A DNA stretch of 64,000 nucleotides from Narcine bancroftii (Eukaryota), in NCBI RefSeq assembly GCF_036971445.1, contig NC_091470.1, positions 354,206,001-354,270,000 on the forward strand, written 5' to 3'. Shown here one piece after another: positions 1 to 12,982 of this stretch; positions within the stretch are counted from its first letter, which is position 1; each line of letters opens with the position of its first letter. A program made the position numbers and the translations under genes. The notes below the pieces were generated by a model. That model was not told the origin of the DNA. It saw only the letters and a list, made by a program, of their open reading frames with translations, and did no database searches.

Positions 1-1250
1 TTTAGCAGGAGACAGCGGTCACTTACTCAAAGGTCTGCAAAGGTCATTAATTATTGAGCTTCGTTGTACATTCCACCCAATTAAAACACAGGTGGAAGAG
101 GATCATTCAGCTGCTGATGGTCAGGGATCAGACAGCACAGGCACTTGGCCAAGATGAAGGGTGGGTGGGGGGGGTGAGGAATCCAGTGCAGGGATCTATG
201 GTCATGGGGAAAACTGGGGGCAGCAGAGGAAAAGATATTTCTATTTTGAACTGTAATGGTATCCCAAAATAAGAATGGAAGTTAGGACCCTCAGTTGGCA
301 TACAGAGGTGGGAGATGGGTAAAATCCTGGTTTGTAGAAATGACTGCAAATGTCTGGTCTCGGAGATTCAAGAGACTTCATTACCATCATTGGAGCTTCA
401 TACAAGTCAGGCAACTTTCTCAGGGCTCCAGAGAGCAAGCATTGAAGTTATGGACAACCACCTTTAACCCTGGTTACTGCATCTGGGCAACTCCAGTCCT
501 TTCAACCCCTCACCTCCAGATGAACAGATTCCAACAATCCCCAGCCCTGATTTTACACCTGCTACTCAATCACAATCGACACACCTTCCTCAAGCTTCTC
601 CTCTCATGCATACTCTTATTAACTGAAACCTGCTGCTGGGTCAGAAACAGAATTACAAAATTTTAACACAATGTCTCCATTCTTGCCTTCACCAACTCCC
701 TCAAATTAATTAGGCCTCTGTTCTGGAGCCTCCAACTCTTCTCCTTTGGCTCAACTTGGCTTAAAGTCATTGTCTGGCCTTCCATTTTCTCTGCCCTGCA
801 TTCCTGGTTCCAGAACCACTGATCCAAGCGAGTTAATGAAGTACTCTGGGCCAAGTTTTTCACCAATAGTCCCAGGAAAGGGCTTACAGGAATCACAAAG
901 ATCCAACATGAGAAAGGACGGTAAAATGGCTTTCAGAATGATCCTCTGGCTTCAGGACTACTGGCTTCTACCTGATTTGAGGTGGATCTTTGGCCAACTT
1001 GTTCTACAGCTCCCCTCTTGGCCAGGAGGAGAAGCTTCTGTAGGAGTGCCCACAGGACCTGCAAATCCATACAAGGACCTTAAATTCCCTGGATCCAGTC
1101 CTCAGACAATCGTGTCTCACCTCAGACGACAAACCATCCCACTTCATCCCAGCACATGTAAAGAGATAACAACATTGAAAAAAAACCGCAGGATTGTGCA
1201 GGCCCCTATGAACTGTATTCTCCCTAAATGAGTTTTTGATGGAATTATAA
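1..1250 (-). mobile_element. Possible ancient L2/CR1-group LINE ORF2 remnant
   Basis: Weak minus-strand similarity to recalled LINE linker/RT motifs (WFWNQECRAEK..KSWR, CSLEP, IINDL); heavily disrupted. Confidence 0.25.
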
Positions 1251-1680
1251 ATGTAACTGGAAGAATATCCTCCCACAGCTGACTCCAGGAGAAGGGAAAT
1301 AATTACAAGCCTCCATAATTACATTAGATTTGATTCACCAGTATATTTCTTGGTAAATTACTTCATGTTGATTTTCTAATGAATGTTAATGAACATAATC
1401 ACAAAGGGGCGATAAATCTTTCCTTTCACACATCAGCATAACTTGGAGAATCGTAACCCTCGACCATTTTCCCCAATCCAACAAGACTAATTTACTGGAG
1501 GTACATTGGAGACCACATAAGCTGGAACCGTTTACTCTATTCTTAATGAGTGTTATTTAAACAAGCAAATTCAATAATTAAAAACAGCTCAAATTAAAAA
1601 TAACTCTAGGTAAAAAGTCAATTCTGATAACAGGCATCATTCGAGCCCCTGGTGAGAAGAAAACTTCACAATATGCATAC

Positions 1681-1851
1681 CTTTTGGATTTGCACTGTTC
1701 AGGTCACAAATACGACATTGAGGGTTGCGAATAGGCCTCCCAGGAACGTGCTCCACCAACTTGCAATACATTTCAGGGCCATTTTCACCACAGGTTGCAT
1801 TAGTGGAGATGACTGCATTGCTGGCCAGATTCAGGATGGCTGGGAAAAGAC
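1681..1851 (-). CDS. LAMA1: Laminin subunit alpha-1, exon 2 (start of laminin N-terminal LN domain)
   Basis: Translates GLFPAILNLASNAVISTNATCGENGPEMYCKLVEHVPGRPIRNPQCRICDLNSANPK. Acceptor cttcaacag|G, donor AAAG|gtatgc, 171 nt, phase 1-1. Residues AIL, IST, GRP and D..NSANP fit recalled LAMA1 better than LAMA2. Confidence 0.92.
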
Positions 1852-1959
1852 CTGTTGAAGACAAAACAGGCAAGCTTGGGACCCAAACCAAAAAATAGTA
1901 TCTAACCAATGTCGTAATCTAAAAAGCATGCTCAACAGAAATCGAAACCTGGCGATACA

Positions 1960-2125
1960 CACTGAAGCCGAAAACATTTTGCCTGAGTAACTCAGCAGGT
2001 CAAGTAGTGGGAGAGAAAGAATGGACAAGGTTTCGAACTGATGCCTTTGATCAAAACATGACAAAGGGCTTTAGCTCAAAACGTCGACCATTCTTTTTCT
2101 CTGTCTGTTGCTCCTTGGCTCAGAA
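1960..2125. mobile_element. Palindromic Penelope-derived short repeat
   Basis: gagtaactcagcaggtca...aggtttcg followed by the inverted arm aaagggctttagctcaaaacgtcgacc...; same family as 2630-2780, 9560-9650 and 45520-45620. Confidence 0.5.
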
Positions 2126-2414
2126 ATAAAAACTGAGTGAGCAGGAATTCTTTATTTGTCTTAGATTTTCACATTTAATTCTGGATATCCCTTTCACCAG
2201 AAAAAATGATCCTACTTGTGTGTGTAAAAAAAAAAAATCAAACCTCACCAGTCTCACCTTTCTGCCAAGAATTTGCTGAATGTTTGCAGGACTGGAGAAG
2301 AGAGGAGGAGGAGTGACAAGAAGGATGACCGGCAAGAAAATATACAAGTGAACCGGTGCGGACTCGAAAGGCCAACATGGCCTGTTTCCGCTCCTTATAT
2401 GGTTATATAGGAAC

Positions 2415-3290
2415 TTAAGATCAGATACTATATATTGTCATGTAATAAAACAGAAATGTAATATTACACATAAGCCAGACAAGGAGCCTGACGGCCTTTA
2501 CAATCAAAGAGAGTCCCCCAGAGTCACCGAGTGTCCGTGGATTCGCCTCCAGCGCTTCCGCAGCCCTCTGCAGTCGCACAGATTCCTGTTCAGTTCAAAC
2601 TGTCAGCAACTTGAGCCCAGATCCCAACTAGTTAAAGCACAAAAATCTGTAGACCAAGTGGTTGTAGTAAAAACACAAAGCTGGAGAAACTCAGTCTCAA
2701 TCTCAAGCCTGAAACATTGGTTATGTATTTTTACCTTTGCTATATAAAGGACACTGTTTGACCTGCTGAGATTTTCTTCCAATCCAAATCCTAAGCTTCG
2801 ACACGACGAGGAAGCTTTCAGCGCCCTTTCAGAGCCCTTCTCGAATCCCAGTTCCGATACCCATGAGCCAGTCTCCAGCAGCCCACAACTGCCTGGGTTC
2901 CTTGCCCACAAGTCACCAAGAGCTCGCCATCTATGCAGAGCCCCTCGCTCGTCCACCACCATGGTCACTATCCTTGGGGTCCTCTCCTCTGCTTCTCCTT
3001 CTCAACATTGGGGGGAGGGGGGGGGTATTCTCCCCATCACTGGTGCCCTGCTCCCTCAGAGTCTGCAGTCCCTTGTGACCCCTGCCTGGCACGAGCGCCA
3101 CCATTTTGGGCCCAGATTCCGTAGTCGTAGGATTTTAAATAAAAGAGTTGGCTCCTTTAAAAGGCTGTTTAAAACCTGTAGAGAGCAGTCAGCAGTAGAA
3201 CTGGGTGAGAAGACCCTGTGGGGTGTCCATTCCCCGGATCCACACCAGTATTGCTGTTCCAGCAACTCTGCCAGTGCCACCATTTATTTC
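2415..3290 (-). mobile_element. Non-autonomous interspersed repeat (second copy at ~4400-4880), interrupted by a Penelope-derived piece at ~2630-2780
   Basis: Both copies share tgtcatgtaata and gagtgtcc(g/a)tggattc(g/a)cctccag blocks. Confidence 0.5.
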
Positions 3291-3919
3291 AATATTATTT
3301 TGAATAATAAAACAGAAAATATATTTTCTAACACAACTACTAGTTTGTAAAACCATAATAAGAATGACACTGCCAGAAAAATACTTTAAAATAGAATGCT
3401 CAAGAGGTCAGGCAGCATCTGTGGAGAAGGAAGCCATTAATATTTCAGGTCAAAGATCTTTCATCATTTGTAATCACTAACATAGGTCATAATCCAGGAG
3501 GCCATTCTTCAATCTGATTACGAGAAAGAATGCAATGATAAGAAAACTTGCATGCGTTATTCTGCCTGGCTGAGAATACAGTGGGGGCCAAGGCCACAAG
3601 ACCCGATGACATTCACCGTCTATAGTGGAAAGTGAGTTATTGGATGCTAAGTTTGTGGTGTCCAGCAGCTTAGTGCTCCAGCATGGCTCATCTTGTTGAG
3701 ATGACTGTGTGAGCAGAATATGAAGTGGGAAACAGACAATTTTATCACAACTTTAAAGGCCATGAAGGTGCATTTTATTCTCTGAGTACATTTTGACGAA
3801 AATTGCCTGGGTTACTCCAATAGGAACTTTATTCATTTCCTAATCATTGTGTGGCAAACCTCCTGGTAGCACACCTTAGGTTATTATTTTAACAAAATAT
3901 TGTTTGCTAATACTTAGGT

Positions 3920-4210
3920 TGTGGCGACTCACTTACTAGCAAGCGAACTGGCTCCCAAAATGGCGGACGTGCTATGGAAAACGCGGGAAATTGACCTGTA
4001 TCCAACACAGGGTTTTAATCTGAGCTGACGATGTCACTTCCTGTCCATGTTACAGTAAAAGTGATTATATATAAACCCAGAATGCAAGCCTGGAGGTGTG
4101 AGTCTTGGACTAGGCTCCACAGTGTGTACATTGACTTCCCTGTGCATACGCCAACTCTATAACGTGTACACTAACGTCTATAGTAGCTCAGTACAGAATA
4201 CTTCGCTACA
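3920..4210. mobile_element. Solo LTR (Gypsy-type), 291 bp
   Basis: TGTGGCG...CGCTACA termini flanked by 4-bp TSD AGGT (3916-3919, 4211-4214); internal tatataaa. Confidence 0.8.
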
Positions 4211-5281
4211 AGGTTATATCTTCTGCCTGGATAATTTTCTTTGATATTATCAATTTGTCATTGTTTATTTTTAGATTCCCAGTGAACTTAAACTTGACTT
4301 TTCAAATAGAGGGCTGTGTGTGTGAGGAAGGTAAAAATTAGATTGTTGTGGAGTAGGTTTGCCTTGTGGGCTGAAGGGCCTGTGCTCTGTTATTATGTTC
4401 TACTGTCATGTAATAATATATAAAAATGCAATATACATGATACACTGCTGCAAGGCAAACAAAGAGTCGTCATGAGCATTGCCTGGCACCCTTAACAATA
4501 AGAGATACACAAGCAAAAAATAGACCCCCTTCAGATACTCGAGTGTCCATGGATTCACCTCCAGGGCTCCCGCAGCCGCACAGATCCCTGGTCAGACCAT
4601 CGGCCACCAGAGCTCCAGGTCCTCACCTCCTTAAGCGAGATTAGTTTCCGTTAACAAGCCTTCAACACGGTGACCGTTCCCACCAGGATGCATCATAAAA
4701 ATAGGATTTTTCTTTCTATTTTGCGGGAGGTACTCAGCAAACAACATCGCCCGCTAAAGCAACTGCCCCGTCCCCATGGTCACATCCTCATGCCCATCCC
4801 CACGGTTGCCTGCTCGTGTTTCTCACATGGAGGGAGAGTTTGCACTGCTGTAGACACTTCCCTTCAGATTGAACTTTAAATCCTGGCTTCTCATAATAAT
4901 AAAACATCTTGTATTTGTAGGAGAGGCCCTTACTAATTGTGACTGTTCAATCAACATGACAGACACACTAAATTAACTCCTAGTAGATGCTTGCGCTGGC
5001 TTCAATATTACATCAATAACCATGGAATTACTTGAAGGAGTGAAATGTTCAAAATTATAGAATAAATTGGAGAATTGTGACGGCACCGCGGGAGACCATT
5101 TCATCCATCAAATCTGTGATCCATCAGTCCCATTTCCCCTGCTCTTTTCGCAGCTCGACAAATTATTTTCCTTCAAGTGCCTACTTAATTCAGTTTCAAA
5201 AATCATAAATAATTCTTATCTCTGATTCCAGATCAAAACTATTTTCCACACACAGGCCTCTTCAGATCCCACACCTAATAA

Positions 5282-5831
5282 CACTGGACAACAAAGATTT
5301 TGATCACTTTTGGGTGCATTCTGTGGATTTTGCCTGAACATTTTCCTATCATGTACCATTGGTTTTTTTTTAAGATACAATCATTTCCTGTCATATTTTA
5401 AGTTACTTCAAGTGTACAAGACGATGAAATGCAACATGTCATTGAAAATTCATTTTCTGCATTCGCACTTGCATTTCTTGGTGCACTCAGTGATGAACAT
5501 GGTGAAAGGTTTCATCAGGACGTTGCGACCATGGAGAAATGCTATCAGGGCAACTGTAATCCATCAAATTATTGGGCACTGACAGAAGAGGCACCAGATG
5601 CTGAGTACAAAAATCAATGACAAAGCATCTTTAGGCCAGTTGAACTAATGCAATGTGTCAGAATTATTCTGTAATTAAACATGCTAAATTCCATAAAAGT
5701 TAATTTAACGTTTCTCCAATTTCCTATGTGATACAGGAAATAGGAAATTATCTTCATGCTCAGCTTGAAGTTGTCTATCATAATCCCCAATTTTTTCAGG
5801 GAGCAAATCTTTTGAAATAAATTGTCCAGTG
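5282..5831 (+). mobile_element. Chapaev3-like (CMC) DNA transposon deletion derivative
   Basis: TIRs CACTGGACAA...TTGTCCAGTG; transposase C-terminal remnant KIHFLHSHL / LGALSDEHGERFHQDVATMEKCYQG with frameshift. Confidence 0.7.
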
Positions 5832-5954
5832 TATTACAGCATCTAAAGCAAAATTTCACTGATTTTCCAGGAAATCAATGTTTTATTACCAATGTGGTTC
5901 TGAACAAAAAGTGACCGTGCAACATTATTTATTTGCAATATTGGGGATGGCATG

Positions 5955-6800
5955 AATTGGAAACATCTCTACACTGATTATCAACCTAGGCGCACCTCAA
6001 GGATTTAGCCCACTGCTCTACTCATTATACATCCACGTCTGTGTGGCCAGGCACAATTCCAATGCTATCTACAAATTTGCTGACGACATCACAGTTTTCG
6101 GCAGAGTCACACACGGCCATGAGGAAGTGTACATGAGGGAGATAGATCAGCTCCTTGAATGGTGTCACACCAACAACCTTGTATTTAACCTCAGCAAAAC
6201 TGAGGAGATGATTGTGGACTTCAGGAGGAAGTCACGAATCAGTCCCCATTGAGGGCTCAGTAGTAAAGAGGGTCAACAACTTCCTGGCTGTCAACATCTC
6301 TGAAGATCTGTCCTGGAGCCTCCATGTCGATGCCATCATGAAGAAGGGGCACCAGCAGATATACTTTGTGAGGTGTTTGTGGAGATTCAGTATGTCACTG
6401 AAGACTCTTGAAAACTTCTACAGGTGTACCATGAAACACAATCTGGCTGGTTGCATTACACTCTGGTATGGAGGTTCCAACGCTCAGGACATCACAGGCA
6501 CCAGACTTCACTCCATCGTGGGCATCTACATGAGGCGGCGTCTTAAAAAAGCAGCCTCTATTCTCAAGGACCCCCACCAGCCAGGCCACGCCCTCTTCAC
6601 TCTGCTGCCATCGGGGGGAAAAAGGTACAGGAGTCTAAAAACGAGCACTACAAGGACAGCTTCTTCCCCGCTGCCATCAGATTCCTGAATAATCAATGAA
6701 CCAACTGCCTTACTTTTCGTGCACTGTTTTTAAAAAAATTATTGCTACAAAACAACAAATTTTGTGGTTTGTTCGACAATAAATTCTAATTCAGATTCCG
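5955..6800 (+). mobile_element. Rex1/Babar LINE 3' fragment
   Basis: IYKFADDITVFG, LLEWCHTNNLVFNLSKTEEMIVDFRRK, KDPHQPGHALFTLLPSG; tail gacaataaa. Confidence 0.8.
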
Positions 6801-7089
6801 ATTCAAACATTTTCTCCAAATTATCATCAGTTGGGACATTTACTTTAACTATTATAAGGAACAATATAATCTATGTTTGGAATTTACTCTGATGCACAGA
6901 GGAAATTCAGTTCCACACAAGGTGCCTGGCAGCTGGCCTCAATAGAAGTAAGGAGGTTTTGGTTTCAAAGTCCCCTTTCAGCTAATAGCCTCGGTAAACA
7001 GCTCAGAGAAGCAACATGCACAGTTATAAATTGTTGGTTGAGACAGTATGAGCAGTTTTGCTCCTTCTGAGTCTTGTATCAGTCAGCAT

Positions 7090-7830
7090 TTTCACACCTC
7101 AGGCGAGCAGTGACCCTACATTGTCCCGAAGAAAGTCCCAGGAATTCAGGACCTCTCGGGCCTTTCACACCACAGTCCAAATTCCTGGGAATTTGCCCTC
7201 CTGGCAATTTAGGGGGCCCGTCCCCAAACTCACAGGAGTGCATATCCTTCGATCGCCCTTTCGCTCACTCCCCACCCGTTGGTCTTTCACCCGCCTGCTC
7301 CCACCCTGACCATCGGTAGGTCGGTCGCTTGCCTACCTGCTCCCTCGCACCCGGCAGTCAGTAGGTCCGGTCACCCACTCCCCCTCCCCCCCCCCCCCCC
7401 CCGTCGTCGCCTGCACTTCGGGACCTCTTCTGCACGTCGCAATGGCAGCACATTGAAGGATGAATGGCTGAGTTCGTTTCCCATAATCCGTCATGCAGCT
7501 GGAACAGCTCAGGGAATACATGAGGGATCATGGTTAACGAGAACGGCCATTCATCCCGCAATGTGCTGCTGTTGTTAAGTGGTATCTTTCAATCGCCTAT
7601 GTGACACAGCATGCAAGCGCTGATGTCACAAGGCTTCTCTGCTTGGCCATTTGGCTCTTCACATTGCAGAGAGAGGGTTGTCTGGGAAAAGCTGCTGGGG
7701 CCGCGGCCCTACCGCATAAGTAGGGCCACGGACACGTTTAAAATTCCTGGGCTGACCTTTTCACATGCACGTTCATGGAAAGGTTCTCGGGAAATCTCCA
7801 TTTTACAATGCGGTGTGAAAAGACCTAGTG
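7090..7830. mobile_element. Harbinger-like MITE remnant
   Basis: Recurrent (c)tttcacac/cttttcac motifs, terminus gtgtgaaaagacct, GC-rich interior. Confidence 0.35.
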
Positions 7831-8059
7831 TTATACCCCCCATGCACTCAATGTTTAATGTACTGTACACCAATGTATCAATTAGGAAATTAGAGGTTTA
7901 TGGTAACAAAGGTAATACAATACGTATAGAAATTTAAACATGGAGTGGACAAACCAAATTAGAAGGATTAATGTGAAAGATGAATTGATTAAATGTTCTT
8001 TCTCTGACTGTAAAAGGCAGCTAGCAATTTCTGCTGATGGCAAATCTGTTTGCCTTAGA

Positions 8060-8975
8060 TAGATTCAATGATCTGGATGATAATGTGGTTAATTGGATCA
8101 GTAAGTTTGCCAATGAGACAAAGATCAGGGTCGTTGTGGACAGAGGGGAAGGCTTTCAAAACTTGCAGAGGGATCTGGACCAACTGGAAAAATGGGCAAG
8201 AAAATGGCAGATGGAATTTAATGTAGACAAGCGTGAGGTGTTGCATTTTGAAAGGACAAACCAAAAAAGGACATACATGGTAAATAATTGGGCATTGGGG
8301 ATTGCAGTGGAAGGATCTGGGAATACAGATACATAATTCCCAGAAAGAGGCATCACAGGTAGGGTTATAAAGAGGGCTTTTGGCATATTGGCCTTCATAA
8401 ATTGAAGTACTGAGTGGAAGAGTTATGATAAATGGTAAAGTTGAATAAGAAAGACCTTGGTGAGGCATATTTGGAGTGTTCTGCACTGTTTTGGTCACCT
8501 AATTACAGGAAAGATATCAGGAAGATAGAAAGATTGCAGACAAGATTTACTAGGATGTTGCCAGGAACCAAGTTACAGGAAAAGGTTAAACAGGTTAGGA
8601 CTTTATTCCCTGGAGCACAGAAGAATGAGAGGAGATTTGATAGAGGTATTGAAAATTATGAGGGGATAGACAGAGTAAATGTAGGTTAGCTTTTTTCACT
8701 GAGGGTAGGTGAGATACAAACCAGAGGACATGGGTTAAGAGTGAAAGGGAAAAAGTGGAGGGGGATTGAGAGGGGAAACATTTTGACAGAGAAAGCGGTG
8801 GGAGTGAGGAATGCGCTGCCAGCTGAGATGGTGAATGCGGGCTCATTTTTAACATTTAAGAATTTGGACAGGTGCATGGGAGGGGTATGGACTGGGTGCA
8901 GGTCAGTGGGGCTAGGAAGAAAAATAGTTCAGCACAGACTAGAAGGACTCATTTCTGTGCCAAAATGTTCTATGA
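8060..8975 (+). mobile_element. CR1 LINE 3' fragment
   Basis: NDLDDNVVNWISKFANETKI...LQRDLDQLEKWARKWQMEFN; FWSPNYRKDI; CR1-type 3' UTR. Confidence 0.85.
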
Positions 8976-9229
8976 CTAAGCCAATTTTGTGTAATTTTAC
9001 CTGTTTTATTACATGACTATAAAAGAATCTTGAATCTTGAAGAACTAGGCTTCAAGATCTGTTTATTGAAGAACTAAGAAACAGGCTATTTTTGATGCTG
9101 AATTATGAATTAATAATCTGGTGATTAAAGGGCATTTCAGAAAGCATGATCAAAATAGGATAGAATTTCTAATAAAGTCTGAAAGTGATTTTATTCAACT
9201 TGAAACCACACGAAAGTCTGGAGACACCG

Positions 9230-9650
9230 TGGCTTAGTTCTGCATCCCACTCTCATACTCACATGTCTGTCCATGGCCTCATGCTATCCCGCCAAGAGCG
9301 CCAGTAAATCGGAGGAACACCACCCCTCTGGGCGCCCTCCAACTAGATGGCATTAACGTCGACTTCGCCGGTTTCTGCTCCTCTCCTTTCTCCCTCCCTT
9401 CCCTTCCGCCCGTCTTCTCTCCCTCAGCTCTCCACCCCCTTCTCTCTCTAATCACCGAGCTGCTGTGTCCTCCTCCACCCATTACCTCCTGCCTTTGGGA
9501 CCATACTCCTCCCCTCCCCATTTTCCCTTTTTTGTTCAGACGTCTGTCTCCATTTTTCCATATCTTCAAACTCGAAACGTTGGTTATATATCTTTAGCTT
9601 TGCTAGACAAAGTACACTGACCTGCTGAATTTCTCCAGTACTGTACTTTT
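9230..9650 (+). mobile_element. Penelope-like element 3' fragment
   Basis: gaggaacac...ctgggcgccctccaactagatggcattaacgtcgacttc (EE..LG.LQ..GIN.DF end of the GIY-YIG domain), pyrimidine tract, then cgaaacgttggtt...gacctgctga. Confidence 0.65.
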
Positions 9651-10451
9651 TTTAAACCAAGTCTTAAACCTGAACAAAGTAAACTACAAAGGTACGACAC
9701 AAAGTAAGAAATGGCTCACATTTAAATAAATATATAGGTGTCAACAAATGTATATGATTTGAAAGCATAAAAAGAGAAAAAAATGTAGAGAGTTTGACGA
9801 CTGGGAAATTTCAAAATTCAGTCAAGGAGAACCAAGAAACTGATAACAGTATATGACAATAATCCTGACAGGCACGAAATGAGATTGTAAAACCATAATC
9901 AAGATATTAAAAATAAAGAGCCTTTCTTTATGAAAAGAGGAAGAGAGAAAGAACTGACCAATTAGCCTGACATCATTAGTGGTAGAATTTGGATCAAAGA
10001 ATTTAGAAAATAATGCAATTAGTCAGGGTCAACATTATTTATGACAAATCTCGTAAGAGTTTTTGAGTTTGTGGTAATCAGAATAGATATCAGGGTAACA
10101 GACGGCATCTTTGAAGTTTCAGAGTGTCTTCAATAAGGAGCCAAATAAAAAGTTATTAAAATAAGGACAGAGATAATAAGCCAGTGTGGAACTGGGAGCA
10201 GAAGTAAATCATGTCAATTTCAGGTTCGGATGCGGAGATCACCGGGGCACCTAAGGGATTGGTATTGGGAGCCCCTGGTGTTCACAAGGAACGACAGCGA
10301 GTTGGATGAGAACACCTGCAATACAGCCAAGACTTCTGATAATGCAAAGCTGGCGAAAGTGCAAATTATAATGAGGGAGGAGAGAGGTGTCAAGAAGCAC
10401 ACAAGGTACATTAAGGAGTTGGCACAAGAAATCGAATGTGGGAAATCACAA

Positions 10452-10660
10452 GGGCCGCACAGTTAGCACAACGCTGTTATAGCGTTAGCAATCGGGACCG
10501 CAGTCGAACCTCACGCTGTCTGTAAGGAGTTTGTACATTCTCCCAGTGTCTGCCTGGGTTTCCTCCAACCCCCCCACCTTCGCCTTCAAAATGTACCGGG
10601 AGTTGTAGGTTGAATGAGTATAAATGGGCGGCATGGGCTTGTAAGGGTCTGCATGTCTAG
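10452..10660 (+). mobile_element. tRNA-derived V-SINE-like element
   Basis: gttagcacaacgctgttatagc head, gtctgtaaggagtttgtacattctcc core; related copies at 24955-25170 (+) and 26670-26880 (-). Confidence 0.65.
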
Positions 10661-11479
10661 ATTTTTTTTTAAATTGTAAAGGTATCTGTTGTGGTGGAAA
10701 AATAGAAGAACGTAGTTTATTTTAAGGGAGAGAGATGGAAATCTGTTTGTGTTCAGAGAAACTTGGGTATTATATATCAATTACTGAAAGATAAAGCAAG
10801 CATGTTAACTTTAAGGAAGACAATGTTGGACTTGCATTCACTTTTATTTCATACTTCCAGCATATCAAGATTCCATTATTGTCATGTAATAACACATAAA
10901 ATACAAGACTGTACAACATATCCTTTTGCCTGATGTATCTTGGACTGCATATGCAGTGTTTTGTATTTCACAATTCCAGTGATTCATCTCTCTCCATCCT
11001 TTACTCTCGTCACTGAACAGCACGACATGGTCTGAGGAGGCAGAAGAGGAGTTTTGAGACTCTCTGGAAGGGTGCGTGGGCTTCAATCAGGAATTGCAAG
11101 GACAATGTGTTTCTATTCAGGTTCATCCTAACCAGAAGCCGTGAATGAACCAAGAGATCTGCAAACTGCTGTAAACCAGATCTGTGACGTTCAGAACAGG
11201 TGATTCGGGAGCAGACTAATACTTCTGAAAGGGGGAGGTGGAGGAAGGGGCCGAGATGGACAAAAGAAAATAGAAGGAGTGAAGGGCAATGCACAAATGT
11301 GCCAGAGAAACTCAGGTCACATAGCATCCATAGGAAGTAGTTTACTAATGATTTGGGCCTGAACTTTTCATCAGGAATAATGATTACTCTGGATGCTATG
11401 TGGCCTGCCAAGTTTCGCCCCCTAATCACCATACGATTTTCCTGTCACATACCAGTTTTTTTTTTAAAAAGATAAAACC

Positions 11480-11895
11480 TATTTTTGAAAATTCATTTTC
11501 TGTGTTCGCACTTGCATTTCTTCCCTGCTGATCTTGGTGCAGTCAGTGATGAACATGGTGACAGGTTTCACCAGGACATCGCGACCATGGAAACTGGTAT
11601 CAGGGCAACTGTAATCCATCACTGCTGGCCGACCATTGTTGGACACTGACATGAGAGGCATCAGATGCCGAGTACAAATGAAAATCACCGCAACAAAAGA
11701 TTTTTTAGGTCATTCGAACTAACACAATGCGGCAGCATCATTATGCAATTAAACATGCTAAATCCAATAAAAGTTAAAGTTTCTCCAACTTCCTACGTTG
11801 TACATCAAATCTGGAATTCATCTTGAAGTTGTCCACCATAATCACTATTTTTTTTTCCAGGAAGCAAACATTTTGACAAAATTTGTTGCCAGGAC
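11480..11895 (+). mobile_element. Second Chapaev3-like fragment
   Basis: Highly similar to 5440-5830 (aaaattcattttctg...cagtgatgaacatggtga..ggtttca). Confidence 0.7.
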
Positions 11896-12527
11896 TGAGT
11901 GAATGAAATCTATACTCCATGAAATATGTTAGAATGAGGGATGAGTTACTGAAACATTAAAATTCTGGAGCAGTTTCACAAGGTATGTATTGTCCTCCTG
12001 TTGTGGAAGAAACTAGACAAAGGGCAGAACCTCAGGCTAAAAGGTCGTCCCACTTACTTGATGTAAAGGTGCATGATAGTGGGTGTAGACTGGTGGGCCA
12101 GAGGACCTATTTCCATGATGATCTCTCGAGGGCTTGCGGACTGAGATGAGGGATTCCTTACCCACTTTCCCTGCCCCTCCCTTTTCCTCCAGGGCAACAG
12201 ATCTCAGGCATTAAGTCGTTTCAGTTTCAATTTGTTTAGACAATATGCGAATGAAGATTCATGGGAATCAAGCAGGAAAATGCAAGAGGCCACAATCATA
12301 TCAGCCTTGATCTTAATTGAATTCAAAACAGGCTCAAGATGCAGAGCAGCAACCGTACATGGAACACAACAGAGAGGTCCTACCGCGCGCGAACCTCCAC
12401 CACCTAAAATGACAGAATGAGAAGACGACGAAATGAACAGACCCAGTGTGTAAAAGTAGATGAAACAATTTTCTTGTTTATTTTTATTGTGTGATGACAT
12501 TGTTTAATGGGTTTATGTATAGTATAT

Positions 12528-12700
12528 GCTGACAAAAGACAAAGGAGGAAAAACCCAACACCCAACCCACCAATTTTCCCCTGCAACCGTGTCTGCCTGT
12601 ACCGCATCGGACTTGTCAGCCACAAACGAGCCTGCAGCTGACGTGGACATTTACCCCTCCATAAATCTTCGTCCGCGAAGCCAAGCCAAAGAAAGAAGAA
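12528..12700 (+). mobile_element. RTE LINE 3' end
   Basis: Near-identical to 41151-41328; ends in a gaaagaagaa tail. Confidence 0.75.
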
Positions 12701-12982
12701 TGTTGAATGTTGAGTGGGTGAGGAGGGGGGGTGAAGGAGGGAGGGGGGGTGGGTGGGGAGGGGGGGTGAAGGAGGGAGGGGGGAAATGACACTGTATATA
12801 TTCAAGAGGGAAATGTTTATGTGTATTTTGGTTAATATGGTTCATACTGTGAAAAATAAAGAAAAATTTAAAAAAAGATGCAGAGCAGCCTCCTGTTCCT
12901 TGCATTATAATTTGTGAACGTCTTCCAGTCATGAAAAGGAGAGCAAGAAAGTTCAAGTCAAAGTCAGGTTTATTGTCATCTG

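Noticed and set aside
1-1680. LAMA1 exon 3
   Set aside because: No HPI..AIDG..WWQSP-like translation found on the minus strand; it presumably lies beyond the window edge.
1637-1909. 90-aa ORF as a standalone gene
   Set aside because: Only 1681-1851 is laminin-like and it is bounded by canonical splice sites; the flanks are intronic.
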